Virus record (IMG/VR): IMGVR_UViG_3300035505_000328
Span: 34,775-98,774 of that record
Reading direction: 5' to 3' (one strand)
Length of the DNA stretch: 64,000 nt
Source: a virus
Taxonomy: Duplodnaviria > Caudoviricetes
The position numbers and the translations under genes are program-made. Shown here one piece after another: positions 59,944-64,000 of this stretch; position 1 is the first letter of the stretch, and every line of letters starts with the position of its first letter. The notes under the pieces are model-generated. The model searched no databases. It was not told the DNA's origin and saw only the letters and a program-made list of their open reading frames with translations.

Positions 59944-60041
59944 TAATCTTCATATAAACAAATATGTAAATTCGTAAACTAGACCTTAATTCTGTAATAT
60001 GAATTAAGGTCTGAATTTACAGAAAGGAGATTACATAAAAA

Positions 60042-62069
60042 TTGAGGAAAAAGGCTATTGTCGATAAGATGACACAAAATATATCTTTTATTAAGATGTA
60101 TAAGATTCTTAAAAGACTAGGTATTAAAAACAATAAGTTCTTCTTAAAGTTATATGATTCAAGTTTACTTGGTGTTAGAGTATGGATTACAGATAAGAAT
60201 GGAAACATAAAAGAGAATCCTAATTTAACTAAGGAACAAAAACTTCGTATAACAACTGAAGTTCGTCGAAATCCTTGGTATTTCTTTCGTGAATGTGTAG
60301 TATTACCTGTAGCTGGTGGTATTAAACGATTTGAATTACATAGAGGTAATTTAGCTATGTTGTTTTGTATATTACATAACTTAAATAGTATTACAATATT
60401 ACCTCGTCAGCATGGTAAAACAGTAAGTTCAATATGTGCATTTATATGGATTTATTACTATGCAACTGAAAACTCTAATATACTATTCTTGAATAAAGAG
60501 TATGTGGATAGTAAACGAAACCTTAAGACATTCAAAGATATAGCTGACCTCCTTCCAAGTTTCCTTAAAGTAAAACATAAGAACGATAAAGATAACATAG
60601 AACAGATTTCAAATGGAACTAATGGTAATACGATTCGTGCTATGAGTACTGCTATTACAGAAAGTGAAGCAGATAAGAAAGGTCGAGGCTGCACAACGCC
60701 CTTACAACTTTGGGACGAGTTTGCGTTCCTTAAGTATAATGACATCATGTATAATGCTGCTGCCCCTGCAAGTTCTCAAGCAAAACTTGAAGCGAAGAAT
60801 CATAACAAGATTTATGGCACAACTATAACTACAACACCAAATAATATAGATGTTCCAGAAGGAAAATATTGTCATGACACTATGATAGGAAATGCGGCTA
60901 CATTTGAAGAAGCTATGTATGATTGGTCTATGGATGAAATACAAGAGTACTTGTATAAGAAATCTAAGAATAACTTTTTATATATTGAATTCTCATATAA
61001 GCAATTAGGTAGAAGTGAAGCATGGTTTGAACAACAATGTAGAGAGTTGAATAATAACCTTCTTAAAATTAAGAGAGAGATTCTTCTTGAATGGACTAAA
61101 GCTACAGATACATCTGTTTATTCAGAAGAAATCTTAGAAGTTATAGAAAAGCAATTAAAGGAAATCAAAACTAGATTGTGTTTCCGTAAATTCTATTTCT
61201 TAAATCTTTATTCAGATGATATTGATTTTGCTAAACCATATTTGATTTCTATTGACGTTTCTACTGGTATGGAGTTGGATGCTTCTACAATTTGTATAAC
61301 TGACCCAATGACATTTGAAGTAGTTGCTGAAATGCGTGAGAATAATATCAATACAGATGAGTTTGCTAGAGTAATTTATGAGATTGTAGCTAGATTCTTT
61401 ATCAATTCTATGGTTGTTATAGAGAATAATATGGTTTCAGAGAATATAATTAGATATTTGATGAAATCAGCTATTAGCAAGAATCTATACTATGAATATA
61501 AAGAAAAGGAAACTCAGAAAATTGAAGAAGGAAAAACGGAGCTTGTATTTAAGAAGAATAAAAAGAAAACCAGAGTTTATGGTATTCAAACTACCAAGGC
61601 TACTAGACCATTGATGTTTGAAATCTTAGATGAAACGATTGCTGAAGAACCTGAAGTATTAGCTACTAAAAATATTTATACAGATGTTAAACATCTGGAA
61701 CGTATTAAAGGTAGAATTGACCATGCTGAAGGATACCATGATGATAGCTTAATGGCTTATTTAATTGGTAGATATGTATTAGCTTATGGTAAGAATTTAA
61801 ATAAATGGTTCTTACCAGTTAAAGGAAAAGAATACAGAGAAAGAAAGCAATCTATTGCAAGAGTTACTAATGAACTTAAGAAAGCTAATGTAAATGGTAA
61901 ATATGAGTATCATGGATTAGCTGAAGATATCATTGAAGAAGAAAACTTTATGGAAATGAGGAAAGCTAGTAATAAAGGTTCTAGAAGTAGGTTCTATTTA
62001 GGAATTGCTAACGATGACTTTAAATCTAAGCAAGATTCATTTGGTAGAATAGGTAGAGATATTATGTAA
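60042..62069 (+). CDS. terL: Terminase large subunit
   Basis: LPRQHGKT, LWDEFAF, TTTPN, ISIDVSTG...D and HDDSLMA; late promoter at 59957-59968. Confidence 0.95.
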   Translation: MRKKAIVDKMTQNISFIKMYKILKRLGIKNNKFFLKLYDSSLLGVRVWITDKNGNIKENPNLTKEQKLRITTEVRRNPWYFFRECVVLPVAGGIKRFELHRGNLAMLFCILHNLNSITILPRQHGKTVSSICAFIWIYYYATENSNILFLNKEYVDSKRNLKTFKDIADLLPSFLKVKHKNDKDNIEQISNGTNGNTIRAMSTAITESEADKKGRGCTTPLQLWDEFAFLKYNDIMYNAAAPASSQAKLEAKNHNKIYGTTITTTPNNIDVPEGKYCHDTMIGNAATFEEAMYDWSMDEIQEYLYKKSKNNFLYIEFSYKQLGRSEAWFEQQCRELNNNLLKIKREILLEWTKATDTSVYSEEILEVIEKQLKEIKTRLCFRKFYFLNLYSDDIDFAKPYLISIDVSTGMELDASTICITDPMTFEVVAEMRENNINTDEFARVIYEIVARFFINSMVVIENNMVSENIIRYLMKSAISKNLYYEYKEKETQKIEEGKTELVFKKNKKKTRVYGIQTTKATRPLMFEILDETIAEEPEVLATKNIYTDVKHLERIKGRIDHAEGYHDDSLMAYLIGRYVLAYGKNLNKWFLPVKGKEYRERKQSIARVTNELKKANVNGKYEYHGLAEDIIEEENFMEMRKASNKGSRSRFYLGIANDDFKSKQDSFGRIGRDIM

Positions 62070-62112
62070 AAGAAATTAGAGAATAGGTATGATAACCTAT
62101 TCTCTAATTTCT
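62070..62112. terminator. Bidirectional terminator
   Basis: AGAAATTAGAGAATAGGT-atgata-ACCTATTCTCTAATTTCT. Confidence 0.8.
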
Positions 62113-62116
62113 GTAT

Positions 62117-63106
62117 TTAATTTATAACATTTCCATCTTTATCTACCACATCATAGACCCCTTTATTCTTATCTACTTTAGCTTCATTATTTTTCTTTTC
62201 TGCAGTCTCTCTATCAACTAATTTCTTATCAGGCTTCTCAGGCTTTCCTGCACCACAAATCTTTCTAGCATCCTTAAAAACACGAATAGCTTGTTTTGTA
62301 GTAAGATTAACCAATTTTAATATCTTTGCTGTTACTTTTTGACACTGTATAACAAGCACTTTTTCAACTCTACCTTTATAAGAATTAATAACACGCTTAA
62401 GATTAGTTAAATTTCTACAAGCTTCACTTCTACGTTTTAAAAACAATTCAGCGTCTTGCAAATGTTTTAATTCTGCATAGTAAAAAGTTTGTTCATTGTC
62501 ATTGTCTACAACATTCAATCCCATATATTTTACTTCTTTCATATCCTTAAAAGTTTTAAGGTTATGTGCTTTTTCTTTAGCTTGTTCAACTTCAAGTTTC
62601 AATTTTTTCATAATTTCACTAAAAGCTTCATCTGGATTTTCTTGGTCTTTTCCATATACTTTATTTACTTCAGGTATTTCATTAAGAACTCTATTAAACC
62701 ATCCAGGGTCTAGATAGTTAAGTTTAGCTGAAGTAGCAAAATAGTTTTTGTGCATAGTTCTCATCTTATGTTCCATAGCGTTTATAATACGTTTGGTTTT
62801 GTTTCCATTTAGAAGTTTTGCATTGATAGACTGTTGAAGGTGAAGCCATTTATTCTCAATTTTTTCAATCAATTCATAAAATTTAGTAGCAATATCTTGT
62901 CCTTTTCTAGCTATTGCATCCTTAGCTTCTTCAAAAGCTTCATTATATATATATGAATCTTCTGATATTAAACTTCTATGTTCTAAAATAGCTTGATTTA
63001 AATCAATAGCATGAAAAGCTTCAACTGATTCTGCATAGAGGCACATTAAATCTATACATTCATCATTGCATGATTCACATAAAGTTAATTCATCATCCAA
63101 AAACAT
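62117..63106 (-). CDS. Probable internal head protein (paralog A)
   Basis: Propeptide-like N-terminus (LCE, YAE, ISE, YNE). Shares KWL..Q.SINAKLL and IP..NKVY.KDQE.P with the next gene. Confidence 0.6.
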   Translation of the reverse strand: MFLDDELTLCESCNDECIDLMCLYAESVEAFHAIDLNQAILEHRSLISEDSYIYNEAFEEAKDAIARKGQDIATKFYELIEKIENKWLHLQQSINAKLLNGNKTKRIINAMEHKMRTMHKNYFATSAKLNYLDPGWFNRVLNEIPEVNKVYGKDQENPDEAFSEIMKKLKLEVEQAKEKAHNLKTFKDMKEVKYMGLNVVDNDNEQTFYYAELKHLQDAELFLKRRSEACRNLTNLKRVINSYKGRVEKVLVIQCQKVTAKILKLVNLTTKQAIRVFKDARKICGAGKPEKPDKKLVDRETAEKKNNEAKVDKNKGVYDVVDKDGNVIN

Positions 63107-63200
63107 AATTTTTATCTCCTTTCAAATTATAAAGTATGGGTAAAAGGATTTTACCTTTTACCCATACTTTCCTTTATTATTTTGTTATATGATTTAATAA

Positions 63201-64000
63201 TTAATCATAATAACCATAACCAGCTAAGATAGAAGCTGAAGCTAATTGAGTTCCTTGTTGAATTTTGGTAGCATTACGCTTTCTTGTAACTCCACCAGCT
63301 CTATATGCAGCATCACCAACTTTATCAGTATCTACTAACTTAGCATCTTTCTTATAAGTAGCTCCACCTACAGCTTTACCTGCATCACGAACCATAGTAA
63401 TAGCTTCATTAGTTACTTTGTTAATAGCATTAACAGCTTTTGAAAGAGCTTTCTGGCACTCTTTAATCTTTTCCTTTTCTGCTCTACCTTTATAAGAAGC
63501 AACTATTCTACGAAGTGTAGTTAAATCCTTAATAGCTTGAGGTCTAGATTTAAGGAAATTTGCTGCTTGTTTTAAGTTATCAGTATTAGCATAACGACCT
63601 GTTCCTGTTGTTCTCATTTTTGTAGAATTAAAAGTATCTTGATTATCTGGCTCTTTGTTAAAAGCATCATCACCTAAAATTCTATTGTAAATCTCTTCAA
63701 ATTCTTTTTCAGGGTCTTCTTGGTCTTTAGCATAAACTTTGTTAATACTAGGAATTGACTGTAAAACTTTAATACCCACACCAATTACACCAGGGTTAGC
63801 TGTAGTACTAAAACTCTTATCTTTCTTATTTTCCATAGCTCTAACAATAGCATTAATCTTGTTCTTAGACAACAGTTTAGCATTAATAGAACTTTGAATC
63901 TGTAACCACTTATCCTTTACCTTATCAATAAATTCAAGTAGTTTAGCCTTAGCATCAGCAATAATCTGATTAGTCTTATCTCTAGCTTCCTCAAGAGCTT
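63201..64000 (-). CDS. Probable internal head protein (paralog B; 5' end lies outside the window)
   Basis: The frame stays open to the window edge (ALEEARDK...KWLQIQSSINAKLL), and the protein is paralogous to 62117-63106. Confidence 0.65.
   Translation of the reverse strand, partial: ALEEARDKTNQIIADAKAKLLEFIDKVKDKWLQIQSSINAKLLSKNKINAIVRAMENKKDKSFSTTANPGVIGVGIKVLQSIPSINKVYAKDQEDPEKEFEEIYNRILGDDAFNKEPDNQDTFNSTKMRTTGTGRYANTDNLKQAANFLKSRPQAIKDLTTLRRIVASYKGRAEKEKIKECQKALSKAVNAINKVTNEAITMVRDAGKAVGGATYKKDAKLVDTDKVGDAAYRAGGVTRKRNATKIQQGTQLASASILAGYGYYD

Noticed and set aside
276-62717. Numerous 60-150 aa ORFs antisense to or nested in long genes
   Set aside because: They lack SDs and mirror the codon bias of the real genes, so I treated them as shadow ORFs.
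1-64000. Stop-codon reassignment, diversity-generating retroelement or retron
   Set aside because: Genes are full length in the standard code, with TAA, TAG and TGA all used as stops. No reverse transcriptase motif is visible, and gene breaks are explained by introns.

Overview
This AT-rich window is part of a jumbo myophage genome of the PBS1/AR9/phiKZ-like type. The strong GGAGG ribosome-binding sites suggest a Firmicutes host. Virion genes include tail fibre, tube, sheath, major capsid, neck, prohead protease, portal, terminase and several head-internal proteins. Four fragments of split multisubunit RNA polymerases (virion and non-virion) are present, along with replication/repair genes: RecA/UvsX, NAD+ ligase, the N-terminal half of a split family-B DNA polymerase, SbcC, a 5'-3' exonuclease, HU, PC4/YdbC and GroES. 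Three group I introns interrupt recA, the RNAP beta C-terminal gene and the prohead protease; I could place the splice sites of all three to the base. There are two free-standing homing-endonuclease-like genes and a six-gene paralog array. Three promoter words can be read directly from the sequence: ATATATTAT (early-like), AACA-N6-TA/G (AR9 late-like) and an AACT-N6-TA variant. They reveal unannotated transcription units: two ~450-nt structured non-coding RNA candidates (3571->~3115 on the minus strand, and 19695->~20150 on the plus strand) and one ~110-nt U-rich RNA candidate. The capsid and sheath genes both have a Shine-Dalgarno separated from the start codon by a 43-46 nt hairpin, with exactly 9 nt from hairpin base to ATG. 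All protein calls come from motif recognition by eye; no database searches were run.
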